Below, in pieces: positions 10,150 through 23,899 of a stretch of 64,000 nucleotides of DNA (within the stretch, counting starts at the first letter, position 1; each line of letters opens with the position of its first letter). Source of the stretch: Escherichia coli (GTDB taxonomy: Bacteria > Pseudomonadota > Gammaproteobacteria > Enterobacterales > Enterobacteriaceae); the NCBI RefSeq assembly GCF_003334405.1, contig NZ_QOWM01000005.1. One strand, given 5' to 3'. The position numbers and the translations under genes were made by a program. The notes beneath the pieces were generated by a model, which made no database searches, had not been told where the DNA came from, and saw only the letters and a list, made by a program, of their open reading frames with translations.

Positions 10150-10560
10150 AATTTGCTCCTTATCGGTGGTTAAGATTTACTGGTGTAATAAATGAAAAAG
10201 CCACGTCTCCCGGAGAAGACGCGGCCTGATGGGTGAAATGAATGACGTTTATTGTCTGAGAAGACCGTCACTGGCGAGCCGCGTATTAAGCACCTTTCCG
10301 GCATCGGGTTCAGAATTCCGGCAGCGCCAGCGTCGCTGACCTTCCGCGTTGCGGATAACCCGACGGAAATGCATTCCCGGGTCATCCTGGATAAACACAT
10401 TGCGGTAAGCGGTTATGACAGCAACCGCCTGCCCGTATGAGAAAGATCCTTCAGCCAGGACATACTCTGTGTAACCCGGCATATCTGTTTTCTCCTGATA
10501 AATAAAAAGCCTCTGCCACGCGTTGTGACAGAGGCTGAAGCATGAAACTGACTTCAGGGA

Positions 10561-11016
10561 TCAGTTAACGTTTTTTCCGGAAACGGTAATCAGCAGTGGA
10601 TGGTAGTCCTGGGGATTGAAAACCGATAACGGCAGACTGACACGATGGCCGTTACTTTCTTCAGTTGCTTTGATGATTTCGGTTGTGGCGACATTTTCCA
10701 CGCACTCCGTTTCCAGAAATGCGTCTGTGGTTCGCGTGGCATTACTGTCACCAAAAGCTTCCGTTTCCATTTTTCTGGTCACCAGCGTCTGACCATATTT
10801 GTCTTTGAGTTGCAGAGTGATGGTGAGGGGGCCAAATCCTTCATCGTTTCCGCCATTATCCAGCCGGAACTGGTAAGCACAAATATTTCCCGGGAGCCAT
10901 ATCGTATCTGTATTGCGTATACTGATGTAACGTTGATCCTGTGCCCGGAGTGGGGCAGACCACGTTAACCCCAGAATGAAGGCGGTAATCATGCAGGTTT
11001 TGAACAGGTGAATCAT
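10561..11016 (-). CDS. Hypothetical secreted protein (signal peptide)
   Basis: 151-aa ORF with hydrophobic N-terminal MITAFILGLTWSAPLRA followed by a polar domain; no motif recognised. Confidence 0.4.
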   Translation of the reverse strand: MIHLFKTCMITAFILGLTWSAPLRAQDQRYISIRNTDTIWLPGNICAYQFRLDNGGNDEGFGPLTITLQLKDKYGQTLVTRKMETEAFGDSNATRTTDAFLETECVENVATTEIIKATEESNGHRVSLPLSVFNPQDYHPLLITVSGKNVN

Positions 11017-11091
11017 GGTATTTACCTCTCTGAGTCATGACGATGACACTGACAAATCAGGTGATAAAGCGTAAAAGGCGCAGAATAGCCG

Positions 11092-13068
11092 TTATGCCGG
11101 TAACTCCGGGGGTAATGCTTCTTCCAGTCGGTTAACCATATTGCCGAGATGGGATGCATCATATTCCATGACGGGGCGTTGCCTGATGATACTGACCACC
11201 AGTGGTTTGATTAACATATTGGTCGCGGCCCGTTGTTGTATACCGGCGGCGAAAATGATCTCCAGAGCATTCTGATCGATAACACGGGCCAGATTCTCGT
11301 TCAGATTTTCAATCTCATGTCCGGTCAGCAGGAAACTGCCGGCAAGCCATGTCACCTGCTCCTGAATCATTGCCAGAATTTTGACGCGATCTTCTTCAAC
11401 CAGCGCTCCGGCAATTTTTCCTGATACAGCGGAGGCAATCATTCCCCCCAGAACACCGCCAACCACACGCCCTGTCAGTGCACCAAATGGTCCCAGTGGA
11501 CTGAACAGTATTCCGCCCGCCACTGACCCGACAGCACCACCTGCCACACCGGAAGATGCCACGGCAAGATTCCTGATGAACTGCGTACCGGAGATCCGTC
11601 CCCGCAACATTTTGATCATGTCAGGGCCGGTTGTGACAGCTACCAGTGCCAGAGATGTCACCAGCGTACCCTTCATCACTTTGTTCAGGGCACTGATATT
11701 TCCTGCACCGGTCCCCTTCTGAAGAGCCAGTCGAACAGTCGGGCTGGCAGTCGAAAAATCAATGTGCTTCAGCATACCCTGAACAACACTGAGCCGGTGG
11801 AGTTGCTGGGTTGTGACGTAGACAGCCAGTGTGCGGGTGAAGGTTTTTCCTGCCTGGACAGCAGCTGTCTGCAGGGCAGCATCGCGATCGCCGGTGCTGA
11901 GCCAGAAGACCGATGCCGTCAGGGCAAAACTGATCCCTCCGGCCGCCAGACTGACAACCGAACCCTCGGCAATATCATAAGTGACCGATTCGATGGTCCC
12001 GAACCGGGTGATATTACGGGCCTGAGTATAAGTCAGATGAGCCATACACGCGGCTTCCGTTATTCTGCCGGATTCGTATAACGCCCGGTAACCACCGTAA
12101 GCATCGGCCTGAAGCACACCGCTGTAACCGGCCAGGTGATTTTGTGGATGGATACCTTTCCGGTCCGGACTGTACGCGAACCAGACCGCCGGGGGCATCT
12201 GTGAACCGGCGTTACGGTCATCACGGACGTAGACCCACAGCCGGGCTGTCCGGGTTTTACCGCTGCCCGGCTCCTGGACCGGGACGGGGATATCATCAGC
12301 ATGGACTTTACCGGGCATCAGCACATACTGGCGCAGGACGTCATACAGCGGCTCCAGCAGTTCAGCAACAGCACCTGTCCAGCGCCCCAGTGTGGCACGG
12401 CTCAGCTCCACTCCCTGACGACGGTATATTTCTGACTGGCGGTATAACGGCAGATGGTCTGCATATTTCCCGGTGACAACATGGGCCAGAAGCCCCGCTC
12501 CGGCATAACTGCGTGCAATGGGTTTTGAAGGTACTGGTGCCTGCACGATATGGTCGCACCGGCAACAGGCCTGTTTCGGACGTTGTGTTTCGATAACCTT
12601 AAAGGCGCTGCTGATAAGCTCCAGTTGCTCTGACACATCACATCCCAGAGAACTGAGTTCACCACCACAGGCAGGACAGCATTCCTCTTCCGGCCGGATA
12701 ACCCGGGTTTCACGGGGAAGTGAGGCCGGTAACGGTTTACGGGCTGAAGACTGGCGCAGGGCGGATGGCAGTACCGGGTCATATTGCTCACCCAGCGTTT
12801 CCGCCATTTCTTCCTGAAGTGCGCTGATTCGCTCCTGTGCTTCCTGTATCTGCCGTTCGGTTTTTGCACGAAGTTTTTCTGAGCTTTTACCGAACTGCAT
12901 ACGTTGCAGTTTCGCAACCAGCGCCTTCAGCCGGTTGATTTCGGAAGCATAAGCCGCCACCCGCTGTGAGAGCAGGCGGTTGTATTCAGCCATCTGGCGG
13001 ATGGTGTCCTGTTGCGTCTGCAACAGTGCCCGCAGGCGGGCGTTCTCATGAGCAAGTGAGGTGTCCAT
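11092..13068 (-). pseudogene. Chimeric ORF: IS66-family TnpC (N-terminal ~340 aa) fused in frame to a glycine-rich C-terminal fragment of an unrelated protein
   Basis: N-terminal part has IS66 transposase hallmarks ([37 protein letters not shown]); after ...EAACMAHL the sequence diverges from the second TnpC copy at 14392-15777. Confidence 0.6.
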
Positions 13069-13087
13069 ATCCTCACTTTACAACGGG

Positions 13088-13435
13088 TTATATGCGGATT
13101 CCAGCGCGTTCCGTTCGTTTCGGGTGCTTCCAGTTGATACCTTCAAGAAGCATGGATAACTGAGCCGGAGTAAGGTGCACCTTGCCGTCACGGGTGACTG
13201 GCCAGACGAAGCGGCCCCGCTCCAGGCGTTTGGTGAAGAGGCACAGTCCGTCACTGTCAGCCCACAACACTTTTATCTGGTCACCCCGGCGTCCGCGGAA
13301 GATGAACAGGTGTCCGGAGAACGGGTCATCCTTCAGGACGTTCTGAACTTTTGATGCCAGGCCGTTAAAGCCATTTCGCATATCGGTGATACCTGCAACC
13401 AGCCAGATACGCGAACCTGCAGGGAGAGATATCAT
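13088..13435 (-). CDS. IS66-family accessory protein TnpB (Orf2)
   Basis: 115-aa ORF MISLPAGSRIWLVAGITDMRNGFNGLASKVQ...; paralogous to the plus-strand copy at 13995-14342. Confidence 0.8.
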   Translation of the reverse strand: MISLPAGSRIWLVAGITDMRNGFNGLASKVQNVLKDDPFSGHLFIFRGRRGDQIKVLWADSDGLCLFTKRLERGRFVWPVTRDGKVHLTPAQLSMLLEGINWKHPKRTERAGIRI

Positions 13436-13926
13436 CAGTGGCTGCTCCCTTTTATTTCGCGGATAAGTGTCTGTAATAACGCCGGCGTCAGTTTACCTTT
13501 AAGCCTGAGAGTTCCGGCCGGCAGAACCAGCTCACAACACAGACTGTCGGACGGTGTATTTATCTGCTCTGGTTCCTGTGCGGGGGCCGGGATTTTATTA
13601 TCCGGCTCCGGCGTTAACGTCACGGGAAGCAGTGCCGGCATATTTTTTCCGGAAGGCAGCAGGCCACCTTTCCGGTATTGATGGCGCCAGTTGAAGAGCA
13701 GGTTATCGTTGATTCCGTTTTCCCGGGCGATCTGCGCCACACAGGCTCCGGGCTGCAGTGACTGCTCCACTAAGGCGATTTTAAACTCATAAGGGAAGTT
13801 GGGCCGCCGGGGACGTTTTTTTACCACGGGGGCTTCGGATATAACGGTGCTTTCAGGACGTACGACTGGTACCGTGGAAAATTGTCCGTAACCCTCAGTA
13901 TCAGCTGTGAGGTAACGTTCCGGCAC
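13435..13926 (-). CDS. IS66-family TnpA (Orf1)
   Basis: 163-aa ORF immediately upstream of and overlapping tnpB, the typical IS66 three-ORF arrangement. Confidence 0.65.
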   Translation of the reverse strand: MPERYLTADTEGYGQFSTVPVVRPESTVISEAPVVKKRPRRPNFPYEFKIALVEQSLQPGACVAQIARENGINDNLLFNWRHQYRKGGLLPSGKNMPALLPVTLTPEPDNKIPAPAQEPEQINTPSDSLCCELVLPAGTLRLKGKLTPALLQTLIREIKGSSH

Positions 13927-13994
13927 GGGACGCTCCGCTTCAATGGCAATGTCAGCGAAAAGCTCCTGACTCTGCTGATACAGGAACTGAAGCG

Positions 13995-14342
13995 ATGATC
14001 CCGTTACCTTCCGGGACCAAAATTTGGCTGGTTGCCGGTATCACCGATATGAGAAATGGCTTCAACGGCCTGGCTGCGAAAGTACAAACGGCGCTGAAAG
14101 ACGATCCCATGTCCGGCCATGTTTTCATTTTCCGGGGCCGCAGCGGCAGTCAGGTTAAACTGCTGTGGTCCACCGGTGACGGACTGTGCCTCCTGACCAA
14201 ACGGCTGGAGCGTGGGCGCTTCGCCTGGCCGTCAGCCCGTGATGGCAAAGTGTTCCTTACGCAGGCGCAGCTGGCGATGCTGCTGGAAGGTATCGACTGG
14301 CGACAGCCCAAGCGGCTGCTGACCTCCCTGACCATGCTGTAA
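13995..14342 (+). CDS. IS66-family accessory protein TnpB (Orf2), second copy
   Basis: 115-aa ORF MIPLPSGTKIWLVAGITDMRNGFNGLAAKVQ... Confidence 0.8.
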   Translation: MIPLPSGTKIWLVAGITDMRNGFNGLAAKVQTALKDDPMSGHVFIFRGRSGSQVKLLWSTGDGLCLLTKRLERGRFAWPSARDGKVFLTQAQLAMLLEGIDWRQPKRLLTSLTML

Positions 14343-14391
14343 ATCTCTTTATCCTGGTTGTCACAGAATAAGCCCGGTAAAATACGGGCTT

Positions 14392-15777
14392 ATGAACGAC
14401 ATCTCTTCTGACGACATCTTCCTGCTAAAACAGCGCCTGGCCGAACAGGAAGCGCTGATCCACGCCCTGCAGGAAAAGCTGAGCAACCGGGAGCGCGAAA
14501 TAGACCATCTGCAGGCGCAGCTGGATAAACTCCGCCGGATGAACTTCGGCAGTCGTTCCGAAAAAGTCTCCCGCCGTATCGCACAAATGGAAGCCGATCT
14601 GAACCGGCTTCAGAAAGAGAGCGATACGCTGACTGGTAGGGTGTATGACCCGGCAGTACAGCGTCCGTTGCGTCAGACCCGCACCCGTAAGCCGTTCCCT
14701 GAATCACTACCCCGTGACGAAAAGCGACTGTTGCCTGCGGCGCCGTGCTGCCCGAACTGCGGCGGTTCACTGAGCTATCTGGGCGAGGATACCGCCGAAC
14801 AGCTGGAGTTGATGCGTAGCGCATTCCGGGTTATCCGGACGGTACGGGAAAAACATGCCTGTACTCAGTGCGATGCCATCGTGCAGGCACCTGCACCTTC
14901 GCGGCCCATCGAGCGGGGTATCGCCGGACCGGGGCTGCTGGCCCGCGTGCTGACCTCGAAGTATGCAGAGCACACCCCGCTGTATTGCCAGTCAGAAATA
15001 TACGGCCGGCAAGGTGTGGAGCTGAGCCGTTCACTGCTGTCAGGCTGGGTGGATGCATGCTGCCGGCTGCTGTCTCCGCTGGAAGAGGCGCTTCATGGCT
15101 ATGTCATGACTGACGGCAAACTCCATGCCGATGATACCCCGGTCCAGGTACTGCTGCCGGGTAATAAGAAGACGAGGACCGGGCGGTTGTGGGCGTATGT
15201 TCGTGATGACCGCAATGCCGGGTCAGCGTTGGCACCTGCAGTGTGGTTCGCTTACAGCCCGGACAGAAAAGGCATCCATCCGCAGACTCATCTTGCTTGC
15301 TTCAGCGGTGTGCTGCAAGCGGATGCGTACGCCGGGTTCAACGAGCTGTATCGCAATGGTGGGATAACGGAAGCTGCCTGCTGGGCTCATGCCCGCCGAA
15401 AGATCCACGATGTGCACGTCCGCATCCCGTCAGCACTGACGGAAGAAGCCCTGGAGCAGATCGGTCAGTTGTACGCCATAGAGGCGGATATAAGGGGAAT
15501 GCCGGCAGAGCAGCGGCTTGCTGAACGTCAGCGAAAAACGAAACCGCTGTTGAAATCCCTGGAAAGCTGGTTGCGTGAAAAGATGAAGACCCTGTTCTTC
15601 GGCTCTGGCCATGGTGGTGAGCGGGGAGCGCTACTGTACAGCCTGATCGGGACGTGCAAACTGAATGACGTGGATCCAGAAAGCTACCTTCGCCATGTGC
15701 CTGGCGTCATAGCAGACTGGCCGGTCAACCGGGTCAGCGAACTGCTTCCGTGGCGCATAGCACTGCCAGCTGAATAA
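14392..15777 (+). CDS. IS66-family transposase TnpC, second copy (apparently full length)
   Basis: 461-aa ORF with MNFGSRSEKV, CCPNCGGSL, HADDTPVQVL, LWAYVRDDR, EAACWAHARRK motifs. Confidence 0.8.
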   Translation: MNDISSDDIFLLKQRLAEQEALIHALQEKLSNREREIDHLQAQLDKLRRMNFGSRSEKVSRRIAQMEADLNRLQKESDTLTGRVYDPAVQRPLRQTRTRKPFPESLPRDEKRLLPAAPCCPNCGGSLSYLGEDTAEQLELMRSAFRVIRTVREKHACTQCDAIVQAPAPSRPIERGIAGPGLLARVLTSKYAEHTPLYCQSEIYGRQGVELSRSLLSGWVDACCRLLSPLEEALHGYVMTDGKLHADDTPVQVLLPGNKKTRTGRLWAYVRDDRNAGSALAPAVWFAYSPDRKGIHPQTHLACFSGVLQADAYAGFNELYRNGGITEAACWAHARRKIHDVHVRIPSALTEEALEQIGQLYAIEADIRGMPAEQRLAERQRKTKPLLKSLESWLREKMKTLFFGSGHGGERGALLYSLIGTCKLNDVDPESYLRHVPGVIADWPVNRVSELLPWRIALPAE

Positions 15778-16015
15778 CACATCCCCGTCAATACGGCCCT
15801 CGCTGTACGCTTACTTTTGTTCGGACTGCTTATGGCCTTTTTCCACTGGTGTAGCAGGAAAGTTAACCGGCTGCCACCATGAGATGACGTGTAAACCGTG
15901 CAGGCATGTTTTCACGTGGTGACGCTTTCATTGGGGGTCTACGCCGGAACCCCAATATTGTTCACATACATGAATTTGAAAAACTAAGCGATACTGCTGT
16001 CCGTACCTTATAAAC

Positions 16016-17389
16016 TTATTTCAACGCTTCCGGCAGCGTCACAATCCACAGTTCACTGTCAGACTCCGGTTTCTCCAGTGGCTTCACTCTGAGGGTCGTT
16101 TCAACCTGCTTGTCGTCAAGCGTCAGCTTTCCTTCCGCGTTCACCCGATAATCCTTGAATGTCTTGCCCTCGACCGGATGTTGCATCGCCACCTTCACGC
16201 CAAAGTCGTTATCGTTCGCCACCGCCAGCGTTTTGCTGTCGATCAGCGCCAACCCTTCAGCCTTCTCCTGCTGCCAGCCCAAGGAGCGCAGATCAACAAC
16301 CTGCGTTTTCTGCGCAAGGGTAATGCCGCGCTGTGACAGGGTTTTCTCATCATCAAACTCCGGATACTCACCCGGCTTGTCGAAGCCTGACAGGTCGCTC
16401 GCCTTATTGAGATCGACCTCGTAAATCAGGTTACGCATTCTGTTGTTTTTATCTCTTCCCTGTTCGATCAGCAGGATGTGCTGGTTATCGAGCGCCACGA
16501 TGTCTCCGATTTTAGCGTCGCTGTTTTTGCTGTAGGCCGCGCTGTCGATAGGATAACCGTACATCGCGGTTTTTCCGCTTGCCGGATCGAAGCTCACCAG
16601 ACGCGTAAACAGCGCCTTTTTCTTGCTCTTAGCGTCGATATCCAGCGTACTTTGCACGGCGACAATAATACGCCCGTCCGGCATACGGGTGAGGCCTTCA
16701 AAGCCGCGGTTCGCCTGACGCCATTTGAGGATATTTGGCAAACCGCCCGCAATCGCTTTTTCCCCTTCCGCCGCCTGCGGACCGTGGATTGCCAGGATTT
16801 TCCCTTTACTGTCGATGTTAATCAGGAACGGGCCATACTCATCGCACAGCCAGTAACCTCCTTTACCATCCGGAGTGATCCCTTCCGTATCCAGCCCGCG
16901 ATTATCCCCCTTCAGTCTATGTAACGTGTCGCTGAAGGCCACTTCATTGGTGGAGCCAATCACGTCGCTTGCCAGCGGCAGACCGTTGATCGCGCCTTTA
17001 TCGTCATGCAGAGGACGAGGATCGATGGCCTCCGCTTTGCCGTTTTGTACACGAATCGTCATCAGCAGCGGCGCGAAATCTGGCGTAACGAAAATTTTAG
17101 TTTCGTTTTTCCCCTCTTTCGGTGAATCCGCGTTCGGACCGCGATCGGTAATGGTTGCGAATGTCAGGGCATCGCCCTGTTTACCGGTGAACAGCAGGCC
17201 AGAACCTATCCCAACCGGAAGGCCGTTCGGGAATGCACTGGCAAATGCGCCGGCGTAGTTCACGTGCGTGCCTTCTGGAAAACTGACGACATAGCGCTCA
17301 GCCGTAGGTTGTGCCGCCAGGGCAGAGAAAGAGAGCGTACAACCGATTAGCACGGGAATAATTTTTCTTTTCATATTGTTAGCATCCAT
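16016..17389 (-). CDS. Secreted hypothetical protein, possibly phytase-like/esterase-like beta-propeller
   Basis: 457-aa ORF with signal peptide MKRKIIPVLIGCTLSFSALAA; repetitive GxxG/D-rich blades; domain assignment from memory only. The true start may be the internal ATG at 17374. Confidence 0.45.
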   Translation of the reverse strand: MDANNMKRKIIPVLIGCTLSFSALAAQPTAERYVVSFPEGTHVNYAGAFASAFPNGLPVGIGSGLLFTGKQGDALTFATITDRGPNADSPKEGKNETKIFVTPDFAPLLMTIRVQNGKAEAIDPRPLHDDKGAINGLPLASDVIGSTNEVAFSDTLHRLKGDNRGLDTEGITPDGKGGYWLCDEYGPFLINIDSKGKILAIHGPQAAEGEKAIAGGLPNILKWRQANRGFEGLTRMPDGRIIVAVQSTLDIDAKSKKKALFTRLVSFDPASGKTAMYGYPIDSAAYSKNSDAKIGDIVALDNQHILLIEQGRDKNNRMRNLIYEVDLNKASDLSGFDKPGEYPEFDDEKTLSQRGITLAQKTQVVDLRSLGWQQEKAEGLALIDSKTLAVANDNDFGVKVAMQHPVEGKTFKDYRVNAEGKLTLDDKQVETTLRVKPLEKPESDSELWIVTLPEALK

Positions 17390-17654
17390 AAAGTGAAGAT
17401 CACACTACACCATAAAGAAGAAACGAGTCAGGAAAATGACATCGAATGGCAACATGCGCGGGCCTGAGGCCAAAGAAATGTAAAACACTGTTGTTATTTG
17501 TAACAACGGAAACATTTACGGAAATTATTTGTCTTTCTTCGTGATCAAAAATGCTGTGTCTTGTTGGATTGGAGTGATGAGGGCTGCGTTTAGGAAACGC
17601 CCTATATTGTACGGTTGCATTATCGCGGTAGGGGTAATGCACGTGTCAGTATGA

Positions 17655-17786
17655 TGAGCTGACCACACTCACGTGGGTGGACTGGTATAACAATCGACGA
17701 TTGCTGGAAAGGCAGGGCCATATCCCACCGGCAGAAGCAGAAAAAGCTTATTATGCTTCCATCGGAAACGATGATCTGGCAGCCTG
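17655..17786 (+). pseudogene. IS3-family transposase 3'-terminal remnant
   Basis: Reads ELTTLTWVDWYNNRRLLERQGHIPPAEAEKAYYASIGNDDLAA-stop, a typical IS3-family OrfB C-terminus with no upstream body. Confidence 0.5.
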
Positions 17787-18011
17787 AGTTCACAGATAAA
17801 ACACTCTCCAGGAAACCCGGGGCGGTTCACTTAGCCGCGTGTCCATTATTGCTGGATAAGATCAGTCAATAATAGCAGACCAACCACATCATGAGTCATT
17901 CTGACCGACACATGCCAGAAGCAGAGGCTCCATCCCATTTTATACCTACCTTATAACACTTAGAAAAACAACATGTTAAAAATGTCTATTGGAAACAATT
18001 TTATTTCCAAT

Positions 18012-18031
18012 TGTAATGATAACCATTCTCA
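18012..18031. promoter_or_regulatory. Putative Fur box upstream of fecI
   Basis: TAATGATAACCATTCTCAT resembles the Fur consensus GATAATGATAATCATTATC; fecIR is known to be Fur-repressed. Confidence 0.5.
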
Positions 18032-18074
18032 TATTAATATGACTACGTGATAATTAACTTTTGATGCACTCCGC

Positions 18075-18592
18075 ATGTCTGACCGCGCCACTACCACAGC
18101 TTCCTTAACGTTCGAGTCGCTTTATGGCACACATCACGGCTGGTTGAAAAGCTGGCTGACGCGCAAACTCCAGTCTGCTTTTGATGCAGATGACATTGCC
18201 CAGGACACTTTTTTGCGGGTAATGGTCAGCGAAACGCTCTCGACGATCCGCGATCCTCGCTCCTTCCTCTGCACTATCGCCAAACGCGTGATGGTGGACC
18301 TGTTTCGCCGAAACGCGCTGGAAAAAGCGTATCTGGAGATGCTGGCGCTTATGCCGGAGGGGGGAGCGTCTTCACCTGAGGAACGCGAAAGCCAACTCGA
18401 GACCCTACAACTCCTCGACAGCATGCTGGACGGGCTAAACGGCAAAACACGTGAAGCGTTTCTGCTTTCGCAACTGGATGGTCTGACATACAGCGAGATT
18501 GCGCACAAACTCGGTGTTTCCATCAGCTCCGTGAAAAAATACGTGGCGAAAGCCGTCGAGCACTGCCTGCTGTTCCGTCTGGAGTATGGGTT

Positions 18593-18596
<4 letters not shown>
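18075..18596 (+). CDS. fecI: ECF sigma factor FecI
   Basis: 173-aa ORF with sigma-70 region 2 and region 4 helix-turn-helix; followed by fecR and fecABCDE. Confidence 0.9.
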
Positions 18597-21957
<3,361 letters not shown>

Positions 21958-21966
21958 TGTGTTAAC

Positions 21967-21986
21967 GCCCGGCTTGCCGGGCTTTT
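21967..21986 (+). terminator. Stem-loop with T tract between fecA and fecB (putative attenuator)
   Basis: GCCCGGC-TTG-CCGGGC followed by TTTT, directly after the fecA stop. Confidence 0.4.
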
Positions 21987-22001
21987 AGCTGGAATGTGAT
22001 T

Positions 22002-22904
22002 ATGTTGGCATTTATCCGTTTTGTTTTTGCAGGCCTGCTGCTGGTGATCAGCCACGCCTTTGCCGCCACGGTTCAGGACGAACACGGCACGTTTACACTC
22101 GAAAAAACGCCACAACGGATTGTGGTGCTGGAACTCTCGTTCGCCGATGCGCTGGCCGCCGTGGACGTCAGCCCGATCGGTATTGCCGACGATAACGATG
22201 CAAAACGCATCCTGCCCGAAGTGCGTGCGCACCTGAAACCGTGGCAGTCCGTCGGAACGCGCGCGCAGCCGAGCCTGGAAGCCATTGCCGCTCTGAAACC
22301 AGACCTGATCATTGCCGACAGCAGTCGCCATGCGGGGGTTTACATCGCCTTGCAGCAAATCGCGCCGGTACTGCTGCTTAAGTCCCGCAACGAAACCTAC
22401 GCTGAAAATTTGCAATCTGCGGCTATCATCGGCGAAATGGTGGGTAAAAAGCGAGAGATGCAGGCACGCCTGGAACAACATAAAGAGAGGATGGCGCAGT
22501 GGGCCAGCCAGCTTCCCAAAGGGACACGCGTGGCCTTTGGCACATCACGCGAACAGCAATTCAACCTGCATACTCAGGAGACCTGGACCGGCAGCGTGCT
22601 GGCCTCTCTGGGGCTGAACGTTCCCGCTGCGATGGCGGGTGCGTCCATGCCGTCCATCGGCCTGGAGCAACTGCTGGCGGTCAATCCTGCCTGGCTGCTG
22701 GTTGCCCACTATCGCGAAGAGAGCATTGTTAAACGCTGGCAACAAGATCCGCTCTGGCAGATGTTAACCGCCGCGCAGAAGCAGCAGGTTGCTTCGGTCG
22801 ACAGTAACACCTGGGCGCGGATGCGCGGTATTTTTGCTGCAGAGCGTATTGCCGCTGACACGGTAAAAATCTTCCACCATCAGCCGCTTACCGTTGTGAA
22901 ATGA
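22002..22904 (+). CDS. fecB: Periplasmic ferric citrate-binding protein FecB
   Basis: ATG at 22002 gives a 300-aa product with signal peptide MLAFIRFVFAGLLLVISHAFA; the ORF-track start is an upstream GTG. Confidence 0.9.
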   Translation: MLAFIRFVFAGLLLVISHAFAATVQDEHGTFTLEKTPQRIVVLELSFADALAAVDVSPIGIADDNDAKRILPEVRAHLKPWQSVGTRAQPSLEAIAALKPDLIIADSSRHAGVYIALQQIAPVLLLKSRNETYAENLQSAAIIGEMVGKKREMQARLEQHKERMAQWASQLPKGTRVAFGTSREQQFNLHTQETWTGSVLASLGLNVPAAMAGASMPSIGLEQLLAVNPAWLLVAHYREESIVKRWQQDPLWQMLTAAQKQQVASVDSNTWARMRGIFAAERIAADTVKIFHHQPLTVVK

Positions 22905-23899
22905 CCGCGATAAAACACCCGGTGCTGCTGTGGGGGCTTCCCGTTGCAGCACTTATTATTATTTTCTGGCTGAGTCTGTTTTGCTACTCGGCCATTCCTG
23001 TTTCCGGAGCAGATGCAACCCGCGCCCTGCTGCCTGGACACACGCCAACGCTACCAGAAGCGCTGGTGCAAAACCTTCGTTTGCCACGAAGCCTGGTCGC
23101 CGTTCTGATCGGCGCAAGCCTGGCGCTCGCGGGCACGCTGCTGCAAACCCTGACCCACAACCCAATGGCCTCTCCTTCACTGCTCGGCATTAACAGCGGC
23201 GCGGCGCTGGCTATGGCGCTTACCAGCGCGCTGAGTCCGACGCCGATTGCAGGCTATTCTCTGTCGTTCATCGCGGCATGCGGGGGCGGCGTGAGCTGGC
23301 TGCTGGTCATGACCGCAGGAGGCGGATTTCGTCATACCCATGACAGAAACAAACTGATCCTCGCGGGTATCGCGCTGTCGGCCTTTTGTATGGGCCTTAC
23401 CCGCATCACCCTGCTGCTGGCCGAAGATCATGCTTACGGCATCTTTTACTGGCTGGCAGGCGGAGTGTCCCACGCCCGCTGGCAGGATGTCTGGCAGCTC
23501 TTGCCGGTGGTGGTCACTGCAGTCCCTGTCGTGTTGCTGCTGGCGAATCAACTGAACCTGCTCAACCTCAGCGACAGCACCGCCCATACGCTGGGAGTGA
23601 ACCTGACGAGGCTACGTTTGGTCATCAATATGTTAGTGCTGCTTCTGGTTGGTGCGTGCGTCAGCGTGGCAGGTCCGGTGGCGTTTATCGGTCTGCTGGT
23701 GCCACATCTGGCGCGCTTCTGGGCAGGCTTCGATCAGCGCAACGTACTGCCAGTGAGCATGCTGCTGGGGGCCACGCTGATGCTGCTGGCAGATGTACTC
23801 GCACGCGCGCTGGCCTTCCCCGGAGATCTGCCCGCAGGCGCAGTGCTGGCGCTGATTGGCAGCCCTTGCTTTGTCTGGCTTGTGAGGAGGCGAGGATGA
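22901..23899 (+). CDS. fecC: Ferric citrate ABC transporter permease FecC
   Basis: 332-aa polytopic membrane protein of the FecCD family; overlaps the fecB stop. Confidence 0.9.
   Translation: MTAIKHPVLLWGLPVAALIIIFWLSLFCYSAIPVSGADATRALLPGHTPTLPEALVQNLRLPRSLVAVLIGASLALAGTLLQTLTHNPMASPSLLGINSGAALAMALTSALSPTPIAGYSLSFIAACGGGVSWLLVMTAGGGFRHTHDRNKLILAGIALSAFCMGLTRITLLLAEDHAYGIFYWLAGGVSHARWQDVWQLLPVVVTAVPVVLLLANQLNLLNLSDSTAHTLGVNLTRLRLVINMLVLLLVGACVSVAGPVAFIGLLVPHLARFWAGFDQRNVLPVSMLLGATLMLLADVLARALAFPGDLPAGAVLALIGSPCFVWLVRRRG

Larger units (their letters stand above)
12048..13990 (-). mobile_element. IS66-family element, copy 1 (3'-truncated)
   Basis: tnpA-tnpB-tnpC order on the minus strand; TnpC similarity ends at about residue 340; the 12048 boundary is an estimate. 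Confidence 0.55.
13995..15815 (+). mobile_element. IS66-family element, copy 2 (lacks tnpA; right terminal repeat present)
   Basis: tnpB-tnpC followed by CACATCCCCGTCAATACGGCCCTCGCTGTACGCTTAC, whose reverse complement begins GTAAGCG as recalled for IS66 terminal repeats; no orf1 upstream on this strand. Confidence 0.55.

Noticed and set aside
11233-12917. Multiple overlapping ORFs on both strands within the IS66 region (for example 11381-11722, 12144-12476, 12402-12917)
   Set aside because: GC-rich DNA with few stop codons; they overlap the transposase frame and are Pro/Arg/Ala-rich, typical of spurious ORFs.
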